DNA of 56,848 bases. It comes from Octopus bimaculoides (lineage: Eukaryota). Below the pieces are notes generated by a model. The model had not been told where the DNA came from, did no database searches, and worked only from the letters and a program-made list of their open reading frames with translations. The stretch spans positions 36,047,097 through 36,103,944 of the forward strand of contig NC_068995.1 in NCBI RefSeq assembly GCF_001194135.2. The letters run 5' to 3'. Below are positions 39,460-51,300 of the stretch, in pieces. How positions within the stretch are numbered: the first letter of the stretch is position 1; every line of letters begins with the position of its first letter. The translations under genes were made by a program, and so were the position numbers.

Positions 39460-39870
39460 TTCTCTCCATTCAAATACGAAGGTCGACTGGAAAACTCCCT
39501 GGAATGTGACCAAATAAGGTTCATTTTTCAGCATAGTCCTCTTGCAGTCCACAAACTTCTTCCATCGGTGTTGCAGTGCTTGGATCCCATTGGGGAAGAA
39601 GCCTCCATCCTGTTGGTCAAAAAAGTCATCAACAAGCAGATATGACGTCAACATCACTGCAATACTGCTTTCCAACCAAGTGTTTTTTCATATTGGGGAA
39701 CCAATGATAGTCAAGTAAGGTCAAATCAGGAGAATAGGGACGGTGAGCAGCCAGTTCAAAGCCACAGTCATGCACAACAGCCATTGAAGCCAGGAACTTG
39801 CTGGAGCATTGTTCTGATGAAACAAGACCCTTTTCGTCAGTTTTCTTGGGCATTTGGTCTTGATAGTCTT
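39460..39870 (-). mobile_element. Mariner transposase C-terminal fragment
   Basis: GFELAAHRPYSPDLTLLDYHWFPNMKKHL, a variant of the HPPYSPDLAPSDY motif. Confidence 0.8.
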
Positions 39871-41069
39871 TCGTATTAATTATATAAATTAATACAGTAT
39901 ATTTTTGAGGGGTGCTTGTTTTCCGAGAAGAAAGCTAGAGTAGAATTCTGAAATTTTACATTTGTTTATCTATTTATTGTGCACTTATATGATGTGCTGG
40001 CAGACCTATACAACCGTCTTTAGAATGCTTGCGTAATTAGAGAAGTATTCTACATGTTGATTGAATATATAAATAAATAAATAAATAAATAGATAAATAA
40101 ATAAATATAGAATCTAAAAAGATTCCACTCATAATTTTTTTTTTTTTGTTTTTACTTTCTACTGTAGCATGCTTTAAAAATATATGTATATATATTGTAA
40201 TAATTTCTAATTATTCTAAATGAATTATTTTTCTTTTCATCAGTTTTTCTCCGTGCCAAATCGTTTTAGATTTTTCAGTCAAGAACCAAGATGAAATATC
40301 AGAAAAAAGTCATGCTGCTCATGAGATTCTTGAAAAGAAGGTCCTCTTCTACAAACTTTCAGTCACTTGGGTGCAAAACTATGACCAATACCAGGAAACA
40401 TACATGCATGAATGCATACACACATATACAAGCATATATACAGAAATTCAAGCATCTGTACACACAAAGCGGCTGAGAGGCAGATGTATACATTGATATA
40501 CACGTACAGAGAAACAGACTTATACATAGACACACATACAAACGTACATAAATAAGTACACACATACATACATATATACAGAGGGATCAACGTTCACTTT
40601 TATACATTGACTTTTCGTATTCAACACCAACACTGTTTAGGGACAATGAGAATGTGTATTCGTGACAAACATGAGAAATAATTGTATGATTTATACAAAT
40701 ACCTCCCGTTCACCATTACAGCAAACACCGTTACCGCAAAACACAGACATTAACATAGACTCCCTCTCGCCACAACCACCACCGTCTTGCCATAACTATC
40801 GGCACCAGTATGAGCATCATACACATCATCAGTGTCATCGCGACGTTCTCCGTCACCGCCTTCTTTACGAACAACACGAGTCAATAAGAGAGCCTCGACT
40901 TCGTTAAACTTCCTCAAATCATATTCTCTCGCCTTAATAATAATAACAATAAGAAGAACAACAACAAGAAATACATTGGATAATGTAGTTCCCGGCGAAT
41001 ACACTATTCTAGCAAAAACAAAAAAAAAAACAGATTTGTCTTTTGCAATTGGTTGATAATACAGACAGA

Positions 41070-42230
41070 CTTTCTCAGATGCGTCAATGAATTAACATAG
41101 ATTTTTTTTTTTCGCCTTTGTTACAGTCATCTGAAATGGAACTGTCAAAACGCGGTATTCTAGCAATTTTGCTATTCAACTTCAATAAAGGACGAAAAGC
41201 AGTTGAAACTGCTCGCAATATCAACGAAACGTCTGGTGAGGAAATGACCAGTGAGTGGTCAGCTCGAATATGGTTTAAACGATTTCGCAGTGGAGACCTG
41301 AACCTTGAAAATTGTGAGCGTAGTGAACGCCTATCTGTGATCGATGACGGTCAATTAAAGACCGTCATTGAGAAAGATCCACGTAAAACCACTCGAGAAC
41401 TGGCAAAAGAACTTCAAGTTAGCCAGAAAACTGCCTGCAATCATTTGCAAGCGATCGGAAAATAAAAAAGGCCCGACAAATGGGTACCATACGATTTGAA
41501 TTAAAATCAGAAAATGGGTAGATATGAAGTTTGCTCGTCGCTTCTTCTCTGTAACCAGACCAATTCATTTCTCGGCCTTATTGTAACTTGTGATGAAAAG
41601 CGGATTCAGTACAATAATAAAAAAAACGTTCTTCGCAGTGGTTGGATCAAAATGAAGCGCCGAAAACATTCCCTAAACCCGAGCTCTTCAAAAAGAAGGT
41701 TATGGTGACTGTTTGGTGGTATACTACAGGACTCATCCACTATAACTTCTTAAAACCCGGAAAACCATTACTGGAAAAACATATTGCCATGAAATTGCCA
41801 AAATGAACGAAAAATTGTTACTCCTTCGTCCCAGACTGGTCAACAGAAGAGGGTTAATCATTCTTCATGACAATGCTTGACCACACGTTTCACTAATGAC
41901 GCTCCAGAAGTTGAGGGAACTTGGCTACGAAGTTCTTCCCCACCCAGCTTATTCTCCAGCCCTTTCTCCTACGGACTACCAGTTTTTCAAGCACTTTGAT
42001 GGTTTCCTACGAGAGAATGAGTTTAAAAAATCAAACCGATGCCGAAAGAGTTCATCAGCTCCAGAACTCCAGATTTTTATGTTACTGGAATAAACAAACT
42101 TGTAACTCATTAGCAAAAATGTGTTGATTGTAATGGCACTTACTTTGATGAATAAAATTTCCATATTGTTGAAATATATTGTGATGAATTTCATGTTTCA
42201 AAACGTTGCTTATTTTTTACTCGGCTTGAT
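41070..42230 (+). mobile_element. Near full-length mariner (DD34D) with a pseudogenised transposase
   Basis: FNKGRKAVETARNIN...WFKRFRSGD...KWVPYDL...IVTCDEK...HPAYSPALSPTDYQFFKHFD, with several stops and frameshifts. Confidence 0.9.
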
Positions 42231-42329
42231 ACAAGACGTGTAGTAGAATCGCAGGTAGATTACCAGAGAGCGTAAGTTCTATACATAAAAGATGCATTGG
42301 AGCAGTACGTAGAATCACACTGGAAATAG

Positions 42330-42840
42330 TTTTTCTTCAATGTGCAAGTGATTCACTAGTTGATAGCTTCTGTTATCTAGGAGATGTAATTAGTAAAGGA
42401 GTTGTTTGCTCCGATATATTAGCGAGAGTGAGAACGAGTTGGAGAAAGTTCAGGGAGCTGCAAGCAGTGTTGTCAACAAAAGTTTTTTCCCATACAGTGA
42501 AGGGCAAACTGTCTGCTGCTGTTTTATTACTGTAATGCTGCATGGTAGAGATACCTGTGCCTTGAACGCAGTGGACATAAGAAAATTGAGAATAAACTAA
42601 ATGAACATGCTCCATTGATATGCAATGTAAGTATGCATGAAAGACGTTGTACAAATGTGCTAAGAGAAGAACTAGACATAAGAGGAATCACATGTAGTGT
42701 TCAAGAAAGAACACTGCGCTGTTATGGACATGTGATGTGCGAGGATGAGAACAGCAGTATAAAGAAGTGCTGATCAGTGAATGTTTTTTTCAACTTGGGG
42801 ATGAGGGAAATCCAGGAAGACAGGTGACGAAGTTGTGAAG
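42330..42840 (+). mobile_element. RTE-clade LINE C-terminal fragment
   Basis: VDSFCYLGDVIS...VMLHGRDTCAL...LRCYGHV across frameshifts. Confidence 0.75.
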
Positions 42841-42943
42841 TTCTATATTTAAGAGATGAGGAATTATGTACATTATTCACATTATTTACATTATTTACAT
42901 TATTTACATTAGACGGATATTTGTCCTCATTTTATTTGTTGTT

Positions 42944-42989
42944 AACACAACGTTTTAGCTAATATACCTTCCAGCCTTCATCAGGTGTC
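42944..42989 (-). ncRNA. Inactivated hammerhead motif (GAAA changed to AAAA)
   Basis: The - strand reads GACAC CTGATGA A GGCTG GAAGGTATAT TAGCT AAAA CG TT GTGTT; the conserved G12 is lost. Confidence 0.6.
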
Positions 42990-43413
42990 TTGGGGAAATT
43001 TCGAACCTGGGTTCTCATTCCTTAAGTATTTTTCGATGTTGTTGTTGTTATTATTATTAATTATTATTACTATTATTGTTCAGGTCACTGCTTGGAATCG
43101 AACTCGGAATCTTGGGGTTAGTAGCCCGCTATTTTAACCACTAGGCCATATGCCCGTAGGCATATTGCCTAGTAGTTAAGAGCGGGGGCTACTAACCCNN
43201 NNNNNNNNNNNNNNNNNNNNNNNNNNNNNNNNNNNNNNNNNNNNNNNNNNNNNNNNNNNNNNNNNNNNNNNNNNNNNNNNNNNNNNNNNNNNNNNNNNNN
43301 NNNNNNNNNNNNNNNNNNNNNNNNNNNNNNNNNNNNNNNNNNNNNNNNNNNNNNNNNNNNNNNNNNNNNNNNNNNNNNNNNNNNNNNNNNNNNNNNNNNN
43401 NNNNNNNNNCAAC

Positions 43414-43504
<91 letters not shown>

Positions 43505-43552
43505 TCGAAAAATACCTAAGGAATGAGAACCCAGGTTCGAAATTTCCCCCAA

Positions 43553-43598
43553 GACACCTGATGAAGGCTGGAGGATATATCAGCCGAAACGTTGTGTT
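43553..43598 (+). ncRNA. Minimal type I hammerhead ribozyme motif, core intact
   Basis: GACAC CTGATGA A GGCTG GAGGATATAT CAGCC GAAA CG TT GTGTT. Predicted cleavage is after 43593. Confidence 0.8.
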
Positions 43599-44191
43599 AA
43601 CAACAAACAAGATGAGGACAAATATTCGTCGAAGTTGTAAAGGTTGATTTTAGAACTGAGTCTAACGAAAAAGCTGACAAAGGTCTGGGATATCAGGCAA
43701 TATGTGTGTGTGTGTGTGTGTGCATGTATCTGGCTTGCAAAATTCTTCATGTGAACTCGTATGTTGAAGTATTTTTTGTTGTATCTCGGGAGGGTCGTGT
43801 TTATTATTGGCATCATGACCCACCTGAGATACAACAAAACAAATATAGGAGGAATATTTGGTAGAGTTTCAAACACCAAGTCACAGTCTAGGAATCGTTT
43901 TCACATGTAAAATTAACAACACCAGAAATAGGACCCTATCAAAGACTGCTGACGGCCGCAAGGAACTGTCTACCCCACGTTTACGGGATGTCACCACGGT
44001 GATGACGACGTCAGTGGTCATGACATAGCTTAAGCTAAGTAGCTGCTAGAATCTACATAACGATGATTACAGGCACAATATCTCACACAAACTGTTGAAC
44101 TGGTTCACTTCGCTTAGATATCTTCTTTTCTGTCATTTGATATCACCACATATCGTTTTATCTTTCATCTTTGATCTTTTATCCGTTTCAG

Positions 44192-44700
44192 TCATTGGAC
44201 TGCGTTATGCTGAAGCACCGTCTTCAAAGGTTTGTTGGGTTTGCGTTGGTAAGATTCCTTTTTTTTCCATGTATTCTCCACATTCAACAAAATTTCATTG
44301 AAGCTCTTCCATGCACCTTTTTTCTTTTTATTAGAATCACCAAGTGCAAGTGTGCCATTATCCCTCTGAATATACTTATACTTCTCACCCACAACATCTC
44401 TACTGTTTGTGATATGTTGTCTTGCAACCCGGTCTACCACACGCTGTAAAATATTGGCTAACCTCTTTTCTGCTTCTTTCTTTGCTAATTAAACATGTTG
44501 TCTTGCAACCCGTTATACCTCACGCTGTAAAACATTGGCTAACTTCCTTTCTACTTCTTTCCTTGTTAATTAAACATGTATAATTTCCTTTCTAGCTACC
44601 TGATATAATTCTCTGCTACCCTCATTCTTCCAGTCTTTCCAAGGCAGTCTGCCGCATTTAAGGTTCTGTTAACCTTATTGTTTCACCACCACACCACTCT
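44192..44700 (-). mobile_element. RTE LINE EN-RT linker fragment with a tandem duplication of about 80 bp
   Basis: RVARQHITNSRDVVGEK...DNGTLALGD....AWKSFNEILLNVENTW. TGTTGTCTTGCAACCCG... occurs at about 44414 and 44496. Confidence 0.7.
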
Positions 44701-45152
44701 ATGTCTGGCTGCGACTTTGTACCAGTCATTGATTTGGGCTGTAACTCTCAACAGGAAAGAATAAGAAAACAATAAGATGAGGAATTTTATAGATTTTCTT
44801 CAAAGATTTTTGTTTATTTAAATCCCAAAATTTTTAGTTAATTTACGTCTTCTGTCACCTTTCATTTGTTTACAGTTAATACAAATATTTGAAACATCAA
44901 ATAAATTTTATGCCGTGGAAAATAAGAGGAGTTAGATGGTTCAAGCAGATTTCTTTGTTAGGGAGAGTTTAATTTAGATTATTTCGTTTGAAATTAGAAA
45001 TACATAGTTACTTATAATGTGTAATGTTTTGGTTACCTATATGACTGTCTCGACTGAGATTTGGAAAATAAAACGAACTATAATAAATGTGATGGTCAAA
45101 TAGGTAAGGTATTGAACTACAACATTATGAGGTGTCATTTTAGCATGCGGTC

Positions 45153-45936
45153 TACCGCAGTTTCCTGTCTACGCTATGAAATTGCTTTTAGCGTGCGGTC
45201 TACCTTTTCTTACGCTCTTAACCTGAGTTAATTTTAACCATTACAATGCTGTTAAAGGATTTCTACAGACGTATAATTTTTACAGAGGAAACAGCAGTTG
45301 CATTTTTACAAGTAACTATCTTCTGGATACAACAGGAATCATGGACATAGAATTGATGGTCCTTGGGTATTTGATCTGAAACAAGGCTCTGACTGTCGAT
45401 GCTTCTATGTGCAATGGCGTGACAGAAACACTATTACCAATCATTGAGCGGGAATGTGAAAAAGATTCAGTAATTCACTCAGATGAATGGCCTGCATATT
45501 CTAATCTAAATGCCATGGGTTACCACCATTTTACAGTGAATCATCAAGAACATTATGTGGATCCAGAGACAGGAGCACATACTCAAGCTATTGAGAGATC
45601 ATGGTTGGATTCCAAAACAATTATTTTAAAGAAAATGAAAGGCGTTGGTAATGAGCTTTTCCGGTCACACCTTGATAACTTTTGCTGGAAAGTTTTGAGA
45701 AAAGATGCAGCAGATTTGTTTGTGGAATTCTTAAATGATGCACGAAGTGTGTAGCCTTAAGATTTAGGTGTAAGTCATCAATAAATCATTATTTGACATT
45801 GTTCAATTTGTTTTTACCATCCTATAGTATAAAGTTCTTATTGTGGATGTAGATCGCACGCTAAAGTGTAAAAGGGTAAGAAAAGGTAGACCGCACGCTA
45901 AAAGTAATTTCACAGCGTAGACAGGATACTACGGTA
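45153..45936 (+). mobile_element. Merlin (IS1016/IS1595-related) DNA transposon, internally deleted
   Basis: ORF 45407-45754 has TLLPII...SVIHSDEWPAYSNL..GYHHFTVNHQEHYVDPETGAHTQAIERSW, an ISXO2-like DDE C-terminus. The ends are inverted repeats (TACCG(C/T)AGT(T/A)TCCTGTCTACGC...) with repeated TTTTAGCGTGCGGTCTACC motifs. Confidence 0.9.
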
Positions 45937-46559
45937 TATGAACTTTAATCTCCAGGCAGGACATTCATTTCTACAAGACTCTATTCACCTTACAGCAAAA
46001 TATTGATTTCTAATTCAGGAAGTTTTATCTTTTATCTACTTAACATTGCAGACTCAAAAGCTAAGGCCAACTTTATTGTCTAATATAACGTCGAGGAAAA
46101 CCTTATATGATTAATCATGAAATATATAAAATATATAAAATGGAAGTAGATATCCATGTGAGATAAGAAAAAGATACACATTTATTCAATAAAGATATAA
46201 AATGAGAGTTATTACCCNNNNNNNNNNNNNNNNNNNNNNNNNNNNNNNNNNNNNNNNNNNNNNNNNNNNNNNNNNNNNNNNNNNNNNNNNNNNNNNNNNN
46301 NNNNNNNNNNNNNNNNNNNNNNNNNNNNNNNNNNNNNNNNNNNNNNNNNNNNNNNNNNNNNNNNNNNNNNNNNNNNNNNNNNNNNNNNNNNNNNNNNNNN
46401 NNNNNNNNNNNNNNNNNNNNNNNNNNNNNNNNNNNNNNNNNNNNNNNNNNNNNNNNNNNNNNNNNNNNNNNNNNNNNNNNNNNNNNNNNNNNNNNNNNNN
46501 NNNNNNNNNNNNNNNNNNTATAATTACTAAATACGTATTTGTTTTATAAATTAAAAAGA

Positions 46560-46697
46560 TTATTTACGATCTATGGGAATCTGTATGAAACTCCATTGCT
46601 GTGTAGCTTGCTTGTTGTTACAAGGTTGAAGAATAACGACATCATTTTTCTCTAAATCAAGACACAATCCAGTGTTTAAATGTTTCACAAATCCATC
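46560..46697 (-). CDS. Terminal exon of a ricin-B lectin domain protein (GALNT-like polypeptide GalNAc-transferase)
   Basis: TTTTATTTCATTGCAG acceptor, phase 0. DGFVKHLNTGLCLDLEKNDVVILQPCNNKQATQQWSFIQIPIDRK* has the H..TGLCLD...L.PC...QQW ricin gamma-repeat pattern. Confidence 0.85.
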   Translation of the reverse strand, partial: DGFVKHLNTGLCLDLEKNDVVILQPCNNKQATQQWSFIQIPIDRK

Positions 46698-47029
46698 CTG
46701 CAATGAAATAAAACTATTAGAAATGCAGTAAATGTAATGCGTTAATCCACTGGTCAAACAAAAGAAGTTGGTATATGGCGTTCATAGAATTTTTACTTCT
46801 TTTTATTTATGGTAAGTATTGTTAAATAGTTACTCGTCACGAATTATTGCAACGTATCGCCACTATTTATGACAATGCTTGTTTACACTATAACCGTGTA
46901 GTAACAATAAAATATATAACGAAACAGAATAACAACGTAACAATCCCAACAAACTCTACACGAACCAACAAACGATATTCCGACAAAACGATACCTTACG
47001 GATTCTTGCGATTAACGCCCACTCTCTTT

Positions 47030-48592
47030 CGTTATTGACCACCAGGGCCCTACACAGAAGGACAGACAATACAAGAAGGATAGACAATACAAGACGGACA
47101 GACAATACAAATACAAAGTGGGGACATAAAAAACATAGATGGATGAATGAAAATGGAATTATGATATAATGAGGATACAATGGCTACTCGAGCCCCCACT
47201 TTCGAGTGGTTACCTTTAACTGTGTTTAATATTATAACATTTTTATCTGTTTTTTTCTTTTTATAATATTAAAATTTACTAACATTTTTTCCACCAATTT
47301 ATATATGGTGTTAATTCTTCATCGTCTACGACTGGAGGTAGAGTATCATATTCCACCTCCAGTCCTAACTGGTCAATGTTCGAACCGAACAATTCCCTCA
47401 ATTTAGCGTCTTTCCCTGTCTATCAGTATACATTTTGTGTTTTCTGTGTATTCTTCTGCCGGCAATTTAACTCTAATCACCGATTTGAACTTGGTGATTT
47501 TTCGTTCAATTGACGTGCTTTTAGTATGTCATTACGTATGCTTTGTTATAAGGGGGACTTTACAAGTCTTGCTGGGTGGCCTGAATAACCATTTCCAGGT
47601 CGTAGCCCCATTAATTCATTTTCTTCGTTCTTGCAACTTGGATTAACCTTGCGTTCTCTTTGGTTCTGTACATCACGGCTGCCACCAGCCACGATCACCC
47701 ATTCTTGTGATCTCAGCGGCACAGTGGAGTGATTTATAGCCTCTTCTTCGGTGGAAAACTTCACTTCCACCGTGCCATATCTTCTCCCTCTGGTGTAGAA
47801 TGTCGCAGCACTCTTCAATTTTTCCATACATTTCTCAATGGCTTCCTCTGATGCCATCTCTATTTTCTTATTGGTTATGGACAGCGTTCTGTATACCACT
47901 GTATACCAGCGTTCTGTATCCTCTTTCTCGTTCTGCTGGTTCTGGGGGGGGTCAACCTTAAACTTGACCCCTCCTTCTGGATCAGTTCCTTGTAACTCTT
48001 CAACTTCTCTCTTTCAATTTTCACTTTTCGCACCTCNNNNNNNNNNNNNNNNNNNNNNNNNNNNNNNNNNNNNNNNNNNNNNNNNNNNNNNNNNNNNNNN
48101 NNNNNNNNNNNNNNNNNNNNNNNNNNNNNNNNNNNNNNNNNNNNNNNNNNNNNNNNNNNNNNNNNNNNNNNNNNNNNNNNNNNNNNNNNNNNNNNNNNNN
48201 NNNNNNNNNNNNNNNNNNNNNNNNNNNNNNNNNNNNNNNNNNNNNNNNNNNNNNNNNNNNNNNNNNNGCTAAGTCTCTCCGCCCCTAAATGGGGGACAAA
48301 ACAAACAAATACACAGGCCCGCTGGCAAAACGGCAAGTCTTCAACAAAATTCAACAATAGACACTAAGCCTTCAACAATCAAATAAACAAGAATACTCGA
48401 GAGAATCCCAAGGAGTAATTAACACCTACTCAATTTCTTTTTGGTCACTGTAGGCCAACACAGGGGGGACAGCACAAGGACAGACAACACAAAGTGGGGA
48501 CATAAAACATAAAGGAAGGAATGAAATGAAGTATATAATTAATGAGGGTGGAATGGCTACTCGAGCCCCACTCTCGAGTAGTACCATTGAAA
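47030..48592 (-). mobile_element. L1-Tx1-like ORF1/5' fragment between two copies of a 3'-tail-like repeat
   Basis: MASEEAIEKCMEKLKSAATFYTRGRRYGTVEVKFSTEEEA is an RRM-like ORF1 segment. Direct repeats at about 47040-47215 and 48455-48590 resemble the tail at about 35235-35285. Confidence 0.6.
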
Positions 48593-48799
48593 TTGATGCT
48601 AGTTTATTATTGAGAGAAAAAAAACATGACTGATGAGGGGAATATCAAACACGATCTGACGACTGATATTTCAACCAGACGTTGTTTCGTTTTTTCTGAC
48701 AGAAAAAAAAGAACGAAAAGAAAAAATGCAAAGAAGATAATAATTTTAAAGCTAAGGAATTTTTGATCATTGATAACAGAATTTCGACTCTTCAGACCA

Positions 48800-49400
48800 G
48801 CAGTCTGATCAAGGTAGTTTAACTGTCCAGAAAGCATCACCAATCATGGATCAGGCAGTAGTTTCTAATAACAATGCCTACCAACTTTCAAACAACCTGT
48901 TGAAGAAACAGATAGCTATGATAAACAATTTATAGAAGACATTTATATAAAAAAAAAGCTACCATATCATAATGGTCATAGATTATATCAAAGCAGCCTG
49001 GGACAAGGCAATCGTGAACTGCATGAACAGGGTTGGAAAGTAACTGTGGCCAGAAGCACGCAAGGATATGCTAGAATTTGATAAAGAAATAGTACAGTTA
49101 CCAATGACATCTTTGATATGATCAATGAAGAGGGGTTGCAAAATATGAATATGGAATATTCGGAGGAGTTAATTATTCTTGGTACTGAATTCCTCAGTAG
49201 CATTACTACCAACATTACGGAAAACATTAACCAGTTTATTAAGAATGGCTTTGTCTGGGAGCACAACCGAAAATCAAATGGAGCAGAATTCCTGGATGTG
49301 GGATTCTGCTATCATGAATTGCTTCCTGAGAAAAGACTTCCAAAAGATACAAGTGGTATTATGTAACGTTCCTTGAAAAGCAACCAATGAGCAAAGATAA
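48800..49400 (+). mobile_element. pogo/Tigger-like DDE_1 transposase fragment, highly degraded
   Basis: PIMDQAVVS..AY...VIDYIKAAWDKAIVNCMNRVGK*LWPEA resembles the Tigger pattern QPMDQGVI...I..AW.......W..LWP. Confidence 0.6.
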
Positions 49401-50501
49401 CCTTCATCTCAGATACAGTCTCTTCGGTACTATTTCTCACTGCTACTTTTCAACTGAACAATTGCTTAGCAAGATTGTGTACCTGTTATTAAAGTTGATT
49501 AATTTAACTTGCATTAAAATTTCATAACATTAGATTTTGAAGTAGTTCAATTTTATCATAATTTTATATCGTATTGTGCGTTGGTTATGCAAAGTTACAA
49601 TATACTTGAATGACAATGTGGATTTCCAGTTGTCTTGCGATATTTCTCAGTTTTATATATGTCCATTTCACTTTTAAAAATAGGCAATCGATCTTGCATC
49701 TCTGCATTATGTTATAATGACCTCATATTGCACTGTTTTGTTCAGCACAGCTTTTTCAAAAACATACTTAGAGTGCTAAGCGAGGTATTTCTGTGTTCTT
49801 GACAACAGGGAATTACTAAGCATCTCGCCCAAACACGAATTTCAGTTATACATGACCAGTGTTTTCATAGGTCACAATTCAGAAGTATTACTGTGAACAG
49901 ACCAAAAAACCAAACTTCAACAGAACAACCTTAATAAATGCACCACGTCTTGAACTGGCACCTATCGTGGTCTGGTACCATCACAAAAGTTATTTTAATC
50001 GGCTATATAAGATTTCAGGAAATCCATTAAAAACCAGCTGTCTGAGAACCTTGTTCCATCGCCTCTAATTATAAAAGAGCACGAATCTCTCAAAATATAT
50101 TGAGATTGAAAAAACCTCACACAAACCTCATCACTCCTTCCTACACCACCACCACTACCAAAAAACGGACTCCAAGTTATAATAGCCTTATAACAAGAAA
50201 TTCCAACCTGTTACTTTAAGTGGAAATGGCCTAAGAAAAGAATTAATCCACCAGATAACAGCAATGCATAATGGATATACAGGTAAAAGCTCTAACGTGA
50301 CAACATACTTGACGTTCAAGGTCGAGTATGCAAAGCAGTAATTCCACAAATAGAGAAAACTTTTCCAATGTATTTTCAGCATTCAACCAGCTCGGTCTGA
50401 CGATCGCAGCAGTGTGAAACTAGGCTAGAAAAAAATTGCGCGCGCGTATGTGTAGAAGAGAAAATGAGAGAGAGAAATAGAGAGGGAGAGGAAGAGAGAG
50501 A

Positions 50502-50539
<38 letters not shown>

Positions 50540-50553
50540 AGATNNNNNNNNNN

Positions 50554-50616
<63 letters not shown>

Positions 50617-50959
50617 AGATAGGTATTTTGTGAAAAAATTTATTTTGGTTAGAAGACCAAGTAATATTAGTACGTGATCATCAACTGGGCCATTTTAATT
50701 TCAATTCATATCGCAGTCTTTTTTCTTTGTATCTGCTTTTGTAATAAGCTGTTTACTTCTTATACATTTTTTACGCATAGATTGTAGTAGTGTAAAGTAC
50801 AATGTATGTCTGTTAATTGTTCTAAAGACAATGAAAGGCAACCAGAATTGAATTACAAAGGTACAAATATCCAAACAATTCAACAGGAACGATGTAACCC
50901 GAGTGAGTGAGTGTTGCTTTGATTCGTTGTGTATACGTATTAATCTGAAGGTCACATAC

Positions 50960-51094
50960 CTTGTGTTCCCATTTATCGCTTATGCCACCAAAACAATCAT
51001 CCAAAACTGCATAACAATAGGTTTTTGAGATGCAGTCTATAGAGATGCAGTTTAAAGAGGTTCTTAGCCATTTCTCGTATGTTATAGAGAATCC
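50960..51094 (-). CDS. Penultimate exon of the same ricin-B domain gene
   Basis: TTATTTCCAG acceptor, AAG|GTATGT donor, 135 nt, phase 0-0. GFSITYEKWLRTSLNCISIDCISKTYCYAVLDDCFGGISDKWEHK joins in frame to DGFVKH. Confidence 0.8.
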
Positions 51095-51269
51095 CTGGAA
51101 ATAAGACGAAAATTAGTCAGCTATGGAAAGAATGTATATCTTTGTATATACGTACATACATACATACATACATACACACATGCAAACATTTAAGCATCAT
51201 GTCTACAAACACATACACATAAATATGTGTACATACATACATACATACATACATACATACATACATACA

Positions 51270-51300
<31 letters not shown>

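Larger units (their letters stand above)
42841..43632. mobile_element. Head-to-head palindromic element: tRNA-like heads, (AAT/AAC)n spacers and outward-facing hammerheads
   Basis: The centre of symmetry is at about 43155-43158 (CCATATGCCC GTAG GGCATATTG). The left head on - has A-box TGGCCTAGTGG and B-box GAGTTCGATTCC. Arms 42915-43035 and 43503-43625 are reverse complements. An N gap covers 43199-43409. Confidence 0.85.

Noticed and set aside
40277-40430. Exon-like segment after TTTTTCAG (MKYQKKVMLLMRF... / KNQDEISEKSHAAHE...)
   Set aside because: There is no consensus donor and no recognisable domain, and it runs into microsatellite.
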